Below the pieces are notes generated by a model. That model was not told the origin of the DNA and did no database searches. It saw only the letters and a program-made list of their open reading frames with translations. DNA of 64,000 bases from Paraspadella gotoi. Its lineage: Eukaryota > Animalia > Chaetognatha. The stretch is taken from NCBI GenBank assembly GCA_051294375.1, contig CM119270.1, forward strand, positions 11,724,416 to 11,788,415. The letters are read 5' to 3'. The position numbers were made by a program, and so were the translations under genes. Of this stretch, positions 1 to 11,683 are shown piece by piece. How positions within the stretch are numbered: the stretch's first letter is position 1; the number at the start of each line of letters is the position of its first letter.

Positions 1-56
1 TCAAACGAAATTTTAGACAAAACATGAATTAAAAAAAATACTTTGTGGTTTTAAAT

Positions 57-247
<191 letters not shown>

Positions 248-327
248 CGTATTTTTGCTACTCCTTTCTCTCACTTCCGATTCGTAATCCCAATTCTCTT
301 TCTTCAAATCCCAACTGGTCTTCACCG

Positions 328-3300
328 ATGGCGACGACAGATAACGAAAAACTTTTAAACTTCCGCTCGGATAATTTGCCACCGCCAGGGCCATCACCAA
401 CGCCACGTTCTATCATGTCAACACCTTCTTCAGATGCTTCTCCGATTTCCTCGATGCCGAATACGCCACCACCAGTGTCAAAATCGTCATGAATTCTGTT
501 AACGCCAACACTTTTACCATTAACTCAAACCTGAATGCCATTACCTCGAACTGCAATGCCATGAACGCGCGCGCCCACCCAAACCTCCGCCACCGCTGTC
601 CCCCTTACGAGAAACGGGGAATTGCCAGAAATAATCATGCGCAGTTAGCCTTTGAAATATCCAAAATACCAGCCCTAATTTTTTCTCATACTTTAAATTT
701 GGTTTTTTACTCACAGAAAGAGACAACGCTGTTGCTGGCAACGAACTTTCCTCGAACGAACTCTCATTTTCATCTCGTTTCCTCTTTATCGTCCTCATTA
801 TTATGACGGTCATTCTCGTTGCAAATTTGTCAGGTAATTTCATCGCCTTCTCAAGAGTTAAAAACCCCTAGTGAGTTAAATTTCAGGCTTAAGTCTAAAT
901 AGTTTAAAAGTCATGGATATGTAAAGATCTGTGTAGCTGTGTTACTGTAGTTACTACATTCAGAGCGTTTTCGTTTTGCTTTGCCAGAACGCCAATTAAC
1001 CATCCTCGCAACGCGTCGACGCCGTCGCCGAGAATATGCATCTACGAATGGTGACGACGGCAGCGACTATTTTGAAAGGATTGGATAAACGGGTGGATCC
1101 CTGCGAGTGAGAAAAACAACACCGACAATAATGAAATGAAAACTGATGTTACATAATCGAAAAAGCCTAATCATGACTTTGGATTTTTATTGCCATTCCT
1201 TCAGCGATTTCTACAAGTACGCCTGCGGCAACTGGGATCGATCTCACGTGATCCCGAAGACAATTATGAGTACACGACCTTCAACGAGAAGCGACAAACT
1301 CTACCTCGACGCTCGTTGGTTGTTGGAAGAGCCAATCAACGATCGAGAAATCAAAGCTTTTAGTCAAATCAAAACTTTTTTATCGATCTTGCGTCAACAT
1401 CAGTAATTTTTTTTTTGTGAGTGTTTCAGGTTTCCACTCATTATCACATTCTCATCCTCCCAAATCCCAAATCCCAAATCCCAAATCCCCTATCTCACCA
1501 AGGTGCAGCTCCGAATTTTCACGTGACGGAGTTGAAGCGGCTTCTCCACGAGGATCTCTACGGGTTCCCGCTGCTCGAGGGTCCCATTGGAGTCCCGAAG
1601 GTCCCGACCACTGCAGGACCTCCTCGCTAGTCTGCGCAAGTTCGTCGTCAAACCCATTTTCGCCATTGACGTCCACGAGGACGACAAAAAACTCTTCCAG
1701 GTACATTCTTACAGGTAAGGACAAAGATTATCGTCGGTTGAAGGCGGATATATATTGTACATTTATTTTAAAACTCACAGAAGTGTTAATAACCAGATGA
1801 TAACCTGGAAGATATTAAGAGGTCAATTTTTTTTTCTCATCCAACTCAGCTGGATCAACCCGACGGCTACGCTCCTGGGAATGCCCCGCCCTTACCTCTT
1901 GCGGACAACTCGCCTACATTCCGCAGTACAAGAAGTACATTTCGACGTAATTAATTTGTTGGAACCGAACATTCGACGCATCAACCCGAATTTGCAAACG
2001 AGATCGATGAACTCGTGGAATTCAACATCATGATAGCAAACGTTAGCTCAATGATTGATTTAATAAATGAGTGCATGAATGTTGTACGGCAATTTGTTTG
2101 GGAGATAATCACTTACAGGAATTAGTTAAGGAAAAGGCGTTTTATAGAATGGAAACCAAATAATATGTATTTTTAACGTAAGTGGGACAAACCGTCGGAC
2201 CGACAGACCGACCGAAAAGTGACTTATAGTTGCTCCGCGAATATTCGGGCCAACCAAAAAAGGGTGAATGTTTTTTACGTCCCTAGATCACAACACCGCA
2301 AAGCGAGCGCCGTGATTACATGTCTATGTATTCCAAAATGACGATAGCCGATTTGCAACAACGCTATCCCATGGTTCGTAGCGAAAAACAGACATTGGTT
2401 ATTATAACGAACAAAAGTCGGCTTAATTGAACTTTAAATTTTTAGGTCGACTGGCTAACGCAAATAAACTACCTGACAAAAGTGACCGTGGACGAAAGGG
2501 AAGAGATCGTTCTATACGCTCGAGTTACATGACGAAACTGATGGCCTTAATTAGAGAAACTGACCAAAGGTAAGGCTGTTAAATGTTGAATAAAAAGGAT
2601 AGGTTTAATGTTTTGGACGATCTATCAGAGTTCGTATAAATTCGCCATGTGGATATTTTTAAAAGCGCGAACGGAAAACCTCAAGCATATTTTCGAAGGT
2701 CCAAGTCGAAATTTTCAAAAGGTGCGAAAGAATCAAAATATTGAAAATACCTCATGAATATGTTATAGGTGAACTAATGAAGTAGTATTGCATTAAAATA
2801 GGTGCTATTGGGGTTTCCAAACCTCCCCACGCTGGGAGATTGTTTGATGCAAATCACGAATCATGCCTTTTTAGAAGACGTTATCGGCATTATACGTTGA
2901 CACGATTTTTTTGACGAGGTAACCTTTCATTTAAAATGGAAATTATTTGTTAAAAAATATGATGTTTACTCTTCAATGTCTTCATGCAATTCCATATGTA
3001 TGTTTACTCTTCTTGCAATTCCAGGTGCCAGAACAAGGCTCAGGAGATGGTGAAAGAATTGCAAAAACCTTTATCAACATTTTTGCACAATACAACCTGG
3101 TTGGACGAAGAAACGCTCGCCGTTGCCATTGACAAAGTAACTGAAATTAAAGTTTTTGCCCTTTGAATAAAATAATGAGAAATAGCTCAATGTTAGGTAA
3201 ACAACATCGATGCTCGCATCGGTTATAGGAGTTGCTGAAGAACAACGAATACTTAAATAAAAAGTACGAGCCTCTACAGTACGACTCGCAAAATTATTTA

Positions 3301-4480
3301 GAAATATTTTGATGACCAACAACCAAACTTATGAACAAGATTTTGGACATTTGCGTCAAGAAGTGAACCGAACAATTTGGGACAAGGGACCCGCTATCGT
3401 CAACGCTTACTATCAGCCTAACAAGAACCAAATTAGTAAATATTCTGAGTTATTTACGACTTTTTACTGTTTACTGATGAGTGATGAGTATCCTTTTTAA
3501 AAAAGTTTTTCCGGCGGGAATTCTTCAACGACCTTTCTACGACGCAAACCAGCCTATATCCATGAATTTCGGGGCCATGGGTATGGTGATTGGACATGAG
3601 ATTACTCATGGGTTTGATGATAAAGGTTAGTGATTTGCGGGAAAAAAAAAGTTTTTTGACCCGACAAAGTTATAGCAAAAATTGAATTGAAATTTATCCA
3701 TCAAACTAGAAGTATACGTACTTTACGTAGTTGTATCTTAAATTAAGTAATATCCTAAATTTCACAATAAGGACGCCAATACGACAAAAATGGGAATTTG
3801 CGACAGTGGTGGAGCGAAACCGTAATCGGACAGTTCAAAAACAAAACTAAATGTATAATTGAACAATACAATAACTACACCTTTCCTCACTTGCCCGACC
3901 TTAGTATCAATGGAATATATACGCAGGGGAGAATATAGCCGATAACGGTGGAATCAAAGAGGCATTTAGGTAAGTATTAAATTCTAAAAATTTAAAATTC
4001 GAAGTAAGGAAAAAGAAAATCTAGTATGATAAGGAAATAGAAAGCCGGCACGCTATATACTGTTTTAGAGCCTACAAAAGCTGGATGGAACGAGATCAAG
4101 TCTGGAACAACCAAGTTCTGCCCGGTTTAGATTTAATCACGACCAAATATTTTTTGTTAACTTTGCGCAGGTGAGTTAAATTTGAGAAGCAAACAAATGA
4201 TTTTCAGCTTAACATTTACGATTCTATGTATAGGTTTGGTGCGGTATTACTCGGGCTGAAGCTCTGGCGTATAAAATTCAGAACGAGCATCATACGCCGG
4301 GATATTTTAGGTTATTTAAATTTAGATTTATTTTGTCCTTTGTTATCATTTTTGATTTTAAATCTCTTTTCTTCTCCAGGGTGATTGGAACTCTATCGAA
4401 CAGCAATTGATTTTGCGGACGCGTTTCAGTGTCCTCTCGGGTCAAAAATGAATCCTGCCATCAAATGCAGCGTCTGGTGA
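328..4480 (+). CDS. Neprilysin/endothelin-converting-enzyme-like M13 zinc metallopeptidase (type II membrane), multi-exon, copy 1
   Basis: Exons translate to a cytoplasmic tail, TM segment ([21 protein letters not shown]), [29 protein letters not shown] (HEITH at 3595-3609), GENIADNGG, HTPGxFRVIG and C-terminal CSVW-stop (4478-4480); GT-AG introns; scattered indels. Confidence 0.93.
2180..2260 (+). mobile_element. Helentron/HINE-like element end within an M13 gene intron
   Basis: GACC/GACA microrepeat, GTGACTTATAG, then CCGCGAATATTCGCGG hairpin (intact in copies 2 and 3) and an A-run. Confidence 0.35.
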
Positions 4481-5041
4481 TCTGTCACTCAGCATAGTTA
4501 TCATCTTTATTAGATTCTTATTACTTATTATCAATATTATCATCCTGCTGAGGTCAAAAATTCGGCCATGAGAAAATATGCCTTTTTCTTACATGAGGGT
4601 TTTTCTATTGTGTATAGAGCCTGTACTAAGACATCCTTTCATGACAGTTAATGCTGAAAATATCTCTATTACTGTGAGAAAAAAATATTTCATTGCTTTT
4701 CTAATAATTCTGCTTTCAATTGCTAAATTAGTTGTTGCTACCGATTTGTTGCTGTTATATACTTCAAACGTTATAAATATATTTTCTACATTCCAATCTG
4801 TTTAATTAGTACTGTAAGCTTTAAACAGTTATAATTATAATTATTGATATTCGACTAGTCACACGGTTATTTACATTAACCAATAACCAATAGACATTTC
4901 CCTCATTTTTAAACTCACACAATAGGATTTACCGACTGCTTTTTGTTTGTCATTTCCTCTTGTGGGCGGTACTTTTGAGGCAGTCTCATCTCAATTCCTG
5001 GATATCGCTTAATTCATTTTCTTATTTTCGTATCGACGGGA

Positions 5042-5746
5042 CTATTGCAAACGACTGACTCGATCCTCCAGAGACAAGAGTTTCGATCTGACGGGGTCGG
5101 GTTTAGGTGAACCCTTTTTTTTTTGATCGATGACTAAGAGGAAACTGCGAAAAAAATATGGCCACGCCCAACGGGTAGGGCTCCAACAAGAGACGAAGAA
5201 TTTTGTGCAGGGGTTCGTCGAAATCGTCGCCAGCTTCGCAACCCTTGGCGCCGCAATCCATCCAGCTCGAAGACGAGCTGCCGCGCGCGCCCTTTTGGGC
5301 GGATATGACACTAAAAAGCCAACAAATGAACAGCTTCCGAAATTAATTTTTTTTATAAAAAAACAGAATATCTCAAAAGAGTGAAGCGAAATTGACCCAC
5401 TTTCAATTCCCTTCGTAACGTCGTCTCTTCCTGTCGTCGGCCAGCGTCTCGTAGGCCTCCTTCAGAAGTCGGAATCTCTCGTTGGCATCCGGGGCCGCGT
5501 TTACATCCGGGTGGCAGTCTTTTGCGCGAGCGTAGTAAGCGTTTCTTATTTCCTCCGATCTCGCGTAAGAGCCTACCCCCAACGTTTTGTAGTGACAAAA
5601 ACGCCTGCCTGTCGGAGTTTAATCTCCCTTAAGGATGTTTAATTGATAATATAATTATATAATATTGTATTAAAAAAAATTAAACTCACCGACAAATTCC
5701 CGATCGGCGTGAGAGCTGGCCCACCTCATATAAGAAGTCCTGCCAT
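5042..5746 (-). CDS. Small J-domain (DnaJ, type C) protein with C-terminal hydrophobic segment, probably mitochondrial, copy 1
   Basis: HYKTLGVSSYARSEEIRNAYYARAKDCHPDVNAAPDANERFRLLKEAYETLADDRKRRRYD (HPD motif, read across small indels) followed by an exon with PLGVAIFIFASFLLVI; three exons; start codon uncertain. Confidence 0.85.
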
Positions 5747-5857
5747 CCCCGAAGAAGCATCTTCTCCCCTCCCCCCCAATAAGATTTAAATAGTTGGAAT
5801 AACAGTAAGCCATTCAAGTAGGGATGGATTTATAAAGAGAATGATAGAAGATGGTGG

Positions 5858-6101
5858 CCGTGGTATTCCTCCCACACGGGATTCCTCCCAACTGGATTCC
5901 TCCCACACGGGATTCCTCCCACGCGGATTCCTTCACACGGGATTCCTCCCATGCGGGATTCCACACACATGGGATTCTCCCATGCAGGATTCCTACACAC
6001 GCCATTACTCCCACACGGGATTCCTCCCGCGCTCCCACACGAGATTACTCCCACGGGATTCCTCCCCACGGGGTTCCTCCCACGGGATTCCTCCCACACG
6101 G
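5858..6101. repeat. ~15-bp minisatellite (GGGATTCCTCCCACAC) array with short CCGTG/CACGG inverted ends, MITE-like; copies at 10045-10297 and ~26361-26612
   Basis: More than a dozen degenerate tandem units visible directly. Confidence 0.8.
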
Positions 6102-6269
6102 TTTGAAAGTTATTGTTACCAACATAAAACATAAAAAAATTGTCTTGAATGAATCTTATTTTTTTAATATTATAGTTTGGCATAGCGAATGTCCTTTCTT
6201 TTCGTGTGTGTTTATTAGTGAGAAATAAGTTTGAGTTTATTTTGCAACAACGATTTTATTAGGTACATA

Positions 6270-6314
6270 GGACGTACATGTTTCGGCTTTAGTTAACAGC
6301 CTTCTTCAGCGTCC
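6270..6314 (-). ncRNA. Minimal type I hammerhead ribozyme (Penelope-like element type)
   Basis: Minus strand reads GGACG-CUGAAGA-AGGCUGUUAACUAAAGCC-GAA-ACAUGU-A-CGUCC: stem I GGACG/CGUCC, stem II GGCU/AGCC, palindromic stem III ACAUGU, GUA cleavage triplet; AAUAAA just downstream. Confidence 0.8.
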
Positions 6315-8154
6315 ATGAGAAAAAATTGTTTTTGTGACTTTTACAAATTATTTGTGCAAAGGAAAAGGTAAAGAAAGAGAGAGAGAGAGATCTCTCTCTT
6401 NNNNNNNNNNNNNNNNNNNNNNNNNTTTAAATATAGCAGAGGTGAATGATATTTAAAACAACAATCACGACGTCAAGATCCACGACGACGACGAAGAAGA
6501 CGACGATGGAGACGACGACGTCAGCAATGAAAACGAAAGGTCGGGAAAAAGTTGGAAAACTACGAGTTTTATTATATTTATCAACTGTTGGTTTGTCTAA
6601 GAAACGTCTGCTCTTCTTAGAAAAATCTCCCACGAAAATATCAGGGGAAAAAATTTTCATTTTTTGAGACGTTGTTACAAAAAGTTATCATATCGCAAAG
6701 CATCAATATAGTTACGCACAGTTGATACTGTCAACTTTTCCTTTAGCAGTTCACAGTTCTATTTTCCCCTGCGCTGGCTTCCTCCTCTCGGCTCACGCGC
6801 TCCCAGCACCGCCCAGCCGTGCCCAGCTTCGCCCCGATGCGCCCCGCGGCTCGCGTGCTTTTTTTTTTCACTTCCGGTCTTTTGCCCCAATTCTAAACGC
6901 GCGCGCGATCTCGAAAGATGTGATCTTGACGCACTCAAATCACTTCATAACTTTCAATTTTTATGTTTACACAACTACTATAATTTAATAAAATTCTTAT
7001 GTAATAAAAAAGATTCGTTTTTTAAAAGAAATTTTTACTTATTGATGTGATTNNNNNNNNNNNNNNNNNNNNNNNNNTCCAACTTTTATAAAATGCCCTG
7101 GAAAAAATTTGGTAAAAAATAGATGTAAAAAATGCTCGATTCTGATTGCATTGCATCTGAATTAGCTCGCATTTTTTTCTCTTGTCAAAAACCAACCATT
7201 TTTGATTGCAAATAGAAAATTTTTCATCTCTGATTTTATATAGAAATAAAAGGGGGATTTTTTTCCTTCAAAATTTTATAAACGTGATTGAGGTATGTCA
7301 GTTCCGCAAATGACGTCAAATTCAGGAATTTTGCTAAATTTGAAGGGCTCTAATTTTTTTTTTAGATTTTGTTTAGTTTATTTTCACATGATATGATAAG
7401 GGTAAAAATGAACTGCTCATTTGAGCAAAATTTGTATTTACAATAAAGTAAAAAGAGAAACTAGCGATTTCAAACCAAAATCAGATTTTGTAAAAATGAA
7501 TGGAAAAAAACTTCCATAGAAAAGGCTGATTTTCTAAAAGTTTTCTTTTAATATTTTCTATATTCATGATTCATTTACATGAAAACTTAAATTAAGAATA
7601 TTCCGTCATTCTACATCGGACGGTATATGAATATCCCAAAAAAGCCTCTCTTTCTAAGGAAAATTCAGTCCTATATATATATACTTACCAATGTGCCGGC
7701 TGTTCTGCCTATTGCTTAATTTTTTTAAAAGTTGTTTTAAGTTTTAAAGTTTTTTAAACATCAAATTTAGCCGGCAATCACTCCCAGAATAGACTAGCAA
7801 ACTGATAGCCTGTTCTAGAATCTTTTTCGAATTCTTCACGTACTGTATAATTAGCTAAAAGCAACTTGTCTACTTCATGGCGAATTATTTACGAAGAACA
7901 AATAAGGGGTTTTTTTCTCATTACTGATCTGACTATTCAGAGCATATTTTATTTCTTCCAAAACCATAATCAACTAATTTTTTAAAAGTTTAATTGATAT
8001 TATGCCTAAAAAATTGTTTTTCACATAAAAAATAAGATTATCTCAGAATTAGCATTAGGATATAGTAAGGTATATTTAGAAACACGCAAAAAACATTATT
8101 TAAAAAATTTAAAAAGTAAATTAAACACATATGGTGGAACTAAAATACACCAAC

Positions 8155-8345
8155 CAGCGGTCATTTGGTCCAGGAGGGCAAGGTCATTTCCCTCCAACCC
8201 AATGTCGGGGTTCTAGCTTTGTGGTCGCCAAGCAGTGAAGATGGACGGGGCCCTTAACCGGCCTGTAAACGGTGTTACAGCCTGATCCGAAGCTCAAGGT
8301 ACTGCTTATATTGGAACGGTTCTGTCATTAACAAACAACAATACT
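8155..8345 (+). mobile_element. Possible tRNA-derived SINE (second copy ~28303-28466, minus strand)
   Basis: A-box-like TGGTCCAGGAGG and B-box-like GGGGTTCTAGC at tRNA-like spacing, GC-richer body and short (CAA)-like tail in AT-rich surroundings. Confidence 0.45.
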
Positions 8346-8574
8346 GTCTCTTCACACAATATATTCTTAGGATATATTGGCTTTCGCAAAAGTTGATTAT
8401 TAATATTTTATAGGAATACATAGCCATAGATAGAAATACATGCATATTATAAATCGAAATGTAATCCCTCTTTACCCTTTCCCTCTACCCCTTTTAGCTT
8501 CCTTACCTCTTCTTACATTCTTTGCCTCCTTTTGACCTCCCCTCAACCCATCGAATATTAATTTGAATACAAAA

Positions 8575-9599
8575 ATGTTGACGCTACTCAGTAGTCGTCT
8601 GTCGACTTCCGGTTTTCGTGCCGTGCGGCAAGCTTTCCCGCATAACAGCGCCGCGGAAGACCGCGCCAGCGCTGCAGCTGGCGCGATTTCTCAGCGGAGA
8701 CGAAAATGTCAACGATTGGATCAAAGCCAGAGAAAATCGCTTGTCAGCGGAGGAATATTTGAATTATCCTAAGTAATTAGCTGAATTAATCAATCTGTAA
8801 CAGTGAGGCTAATTTTGTTTATGTTTATGTTTTAGATATCGGTGAATAATAATACTTTGGTTTAAAACCGTTTGAGACTTGTATTCCATTTGCAGAGGCT
8901 ACAGTTTTGGAATAGACGCCAGAATAGAAGCCGCAAAAAGCGGGATCCAGATTGCAAAGTAAGATGGAAATGTTAATCGGAATAATATTCTGTTTTAAAG
9001 AAATAGTTTCATGATCAGTCACGTTAATAAATCTGAACCTTGCTTTTACAATTTATTCAAGAGTTGGTGTGTCGACAATTTGTTTCAACTAGACTAACAA
9101 TAAAAAAAAACTGGAAAGAAGAAAATAAAATTCAAAAAACTGTAATAAAATAAATTATAATAATGACCACTCAGGCCGATTCGGAAACCGGTTAAACAGG
9201 ATGAAACTGATGTCTCTTACATAACCATCACCGATGACATGCCCCCGCGGTACAAGAAACTGAGACAATTGCAACGACTTTATGTCGCCAACGACGGAAA
9301 GGTAACGAGTATACGACTCAAGCTGTCTCAGTTGCTCTGTCGATACTTTAAAAAATGTGTATAAATTGAAGTGAACCATCATTTAAACGAAAGAAAAGTG
9401 AAAAGTTAAGATTTGGCGGAGTTATGTAGTCAAATTCCGTTAAAAACTTGTGACTGCAAAAAAGTCTCTTTTCAATTTCACAGGTGAACGTCTCGCTGAT
9501 GATGGGCGCCCGCGACGTGATCCTACGAAATTAACCCTTGGCCTTGTTATTGTGGGAATCCCCCTTTATGTTTATCATATTTTTTACGTCTTTCCATGA
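8575..9599 (+). CDS. Cytochrome c oxidase subunit 7A-like protein with long N-terminal extension (about 4 exons)
   Basis: N-terminus MLTLLSSRLSTSxFRAVRQ resembles a mitochondrial presequence; exons ~9175-9301 and 9484-9599 give MPPRYKKLRQLQRLYVANDGK|VNVSLMMGARDVILRNLTLGLVIVGIPLYVYHIFYVFP (one indel corrected), matching the COX7A pattern Q..F...DG.PV.L.GG..D..L...T..L...G. Confidence 0.7.
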
Positions 9600-10408
9600 A
9601 AAACCATGATACAAGACTTCGTTTCTTAAGATTACATTTAATTATCTAGATTGATTTGCAGCTTCAATACTCTTTTTTAATTTTGCATGAAATGGAGTTT
9701 GGATTTTTGATCAGCTTAATAAAAGAAACTTCTCGGCTTTAGTTTGATATTTTCTTTTATTTTCCTTTATGCACCTAACGTAATTTCTTGAATATTTTAA
9801 AAACTTACATTTTATTTTACAGCAAAAATTAGCTCTCAGGTTGGACCTTATTTTTTCCATCTGACCCGATCAAGGAATGTCATCTTATGATACAAAATAG
9901 TGTCAGTAGAAAAGTAGAAACATTTTAGCTTTCAACTTAAGCCGCAAAACACACATAAAATCATTTTAAATATAATATTAAAAAAATCAGATTCATTCAA
10001 GACAATTTTTTTTATGTTTTATGTTGGTAACAATAACTTTCAAACCGTGTGGGAGGAATCCCGTGGGAGGAACCCCTGTGGGAGGAATCCCGTGGGAGTA
10101 ATCTCGTGTGGGAGGAATCCGCGGGGAGGAATCCCGTGTGGGAGTAATGGCGTGTGTTAGGAATCCTGCATGGGAGAATCCCATGTGTGTGGAATCCCGC
10201 ATGGGAGGAATCCCGTGTGAGAGGAATCCCGCGTGGGAGGAATCCCGTGTGGGAGGAATCCAGTTGGGAGGAATCCCGTGTGGGAGGAATACCACGGCCA
10301 CCATCTTCTATCATTCTCTTTATAAATCCATCCCTACTTGAATGGCTTACTGTTATTCCAACTATTTAAATCTTATTGGGGGGGAGGGGAGAAGATGCTT
10401 CTTCGGGG

Positions 10409-11119
10409 ATGGCAGGACTTCTTATTATGAGGTGGGCCAGCTCTCACCGCGATCGGGGATTTGTCGGTGAGTTTAATTTTTTTTAATACAATATTATTAA
10501 TTATATTATCAATTAAACATCCTTAAGGGAGATTAAACTCCGACAGGCAGGCGTTTTTTGTCACTACAAAACGTTGGGGTAAGCTCTTACGCGAGATCGG
10601 AGGAAATAAGAAACGCTTACTACGCTCGCGCAAAAGACTGCCACCCGGATGTAAACGCGGCCCCGGATGCCAACGAGAGATTCCGACTTCTGAAGGAGGC
10701 TACGAGACGCTGGCCGACGACAGGAAGAGACGACGTTACGACAGGGAATTGGAAAGTGGGTCAATTTCGCTTCACTCTTTTGAGATATTCTGTTTTTTTA
10801 TAAAAAAAATTAATTTCGGAAGCTGTTCATTTGTTGCGCTTTTTAGTGTCATATCCGCCCAAAAGGGCGCGCGCGGCAGCTTCGTCTTCGAGCTGGATGG
10901 ATTGCGGCGCCAAGGGTTGCGAAGCTGGCGACGATTTCGACGAACCCCTGCACAAAATTCTTCGTCTCTTGTTGGAGCCCTACCCGTTGGGCGTGGCCAT
11001 ATTTATTTTCGCGAGTTTCCTCTTAGTCATCGATCAAAAAAAAAAGGGTTCACCTAAACCCGACCCCGTCAGATCGAAACTCTTGTCTCTGGAGGATCGA
11101 GTCAGTCCGTTTGCAATAG
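10409..11119 (+). CDS. J-domain protein, copy 2
   Basis: Inverted copy of 5042-5746; CHPD motif in ORF 10558-10803. Confidence 0.85.
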
Positions 11120-11683
11120 TCCCGTCGATACGAAAAAAAAGAAATGAATTAAGCGATATCCAGGAATTGAGATGAGACTGCCTCAAAGTACCGCCACCAA
11201 GAGGGAAATGACAAACAAAAAGCAGTCGGTAAATCCTATTGTGTGAGTTTAAAAATGGAGGGAAATGTCTATTGGTTATTTGGTTAATGTAAATAACCGT
11301 GTGACTAGTCGAATATCAATAATTATAATTATAACTGTTTAAAGCTTACAGTACTAATTAAACAGATTGGAATGTAGAAAATATATTTATAACGTTTGAA
11401 GTATATAACAGCAACAAATCGGTAGCAACAACTAATTTAGCAATTGAAAGCAGAATTATTAGAAAAGCAATGAAATATTTTTTCTCACAGTAATAGAGAT
11501 ATTTTCAGCATTAACTGTCATGAAAGGATGTCTATAGTACAGGCTCTATACACAATAGAAAAACCCTCATGTAAGAAAAAGGCATATTTTCTCACTGGCC
11601 GAATTTTTGACCTCAGCAGGATGATAATATTGATAATAAGTAATAAGAATCTAATAAAGATGATAACTATGCTGAGTGACAGA

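Noticed and set aside
5814-6228. Overlapping repetitive ORFs and a CRISPR-like look of the GGGATTCCTCCC array
   Set aside because: Contiguous 15-bp units with no unique spacers, no cas genes, eukaryotic context; frames stay open only because the unit lacks stops
7078-7830. AT-rich block resembling a DNA-transposon remnant
   Set aside because: No terminal repeats, TSD or coding remnant could be identified
8155-8230. Functional tRNA gene
   Set aside because: B box is degenerate and I could not build a full cloverleaf; treated as a possible SINE head
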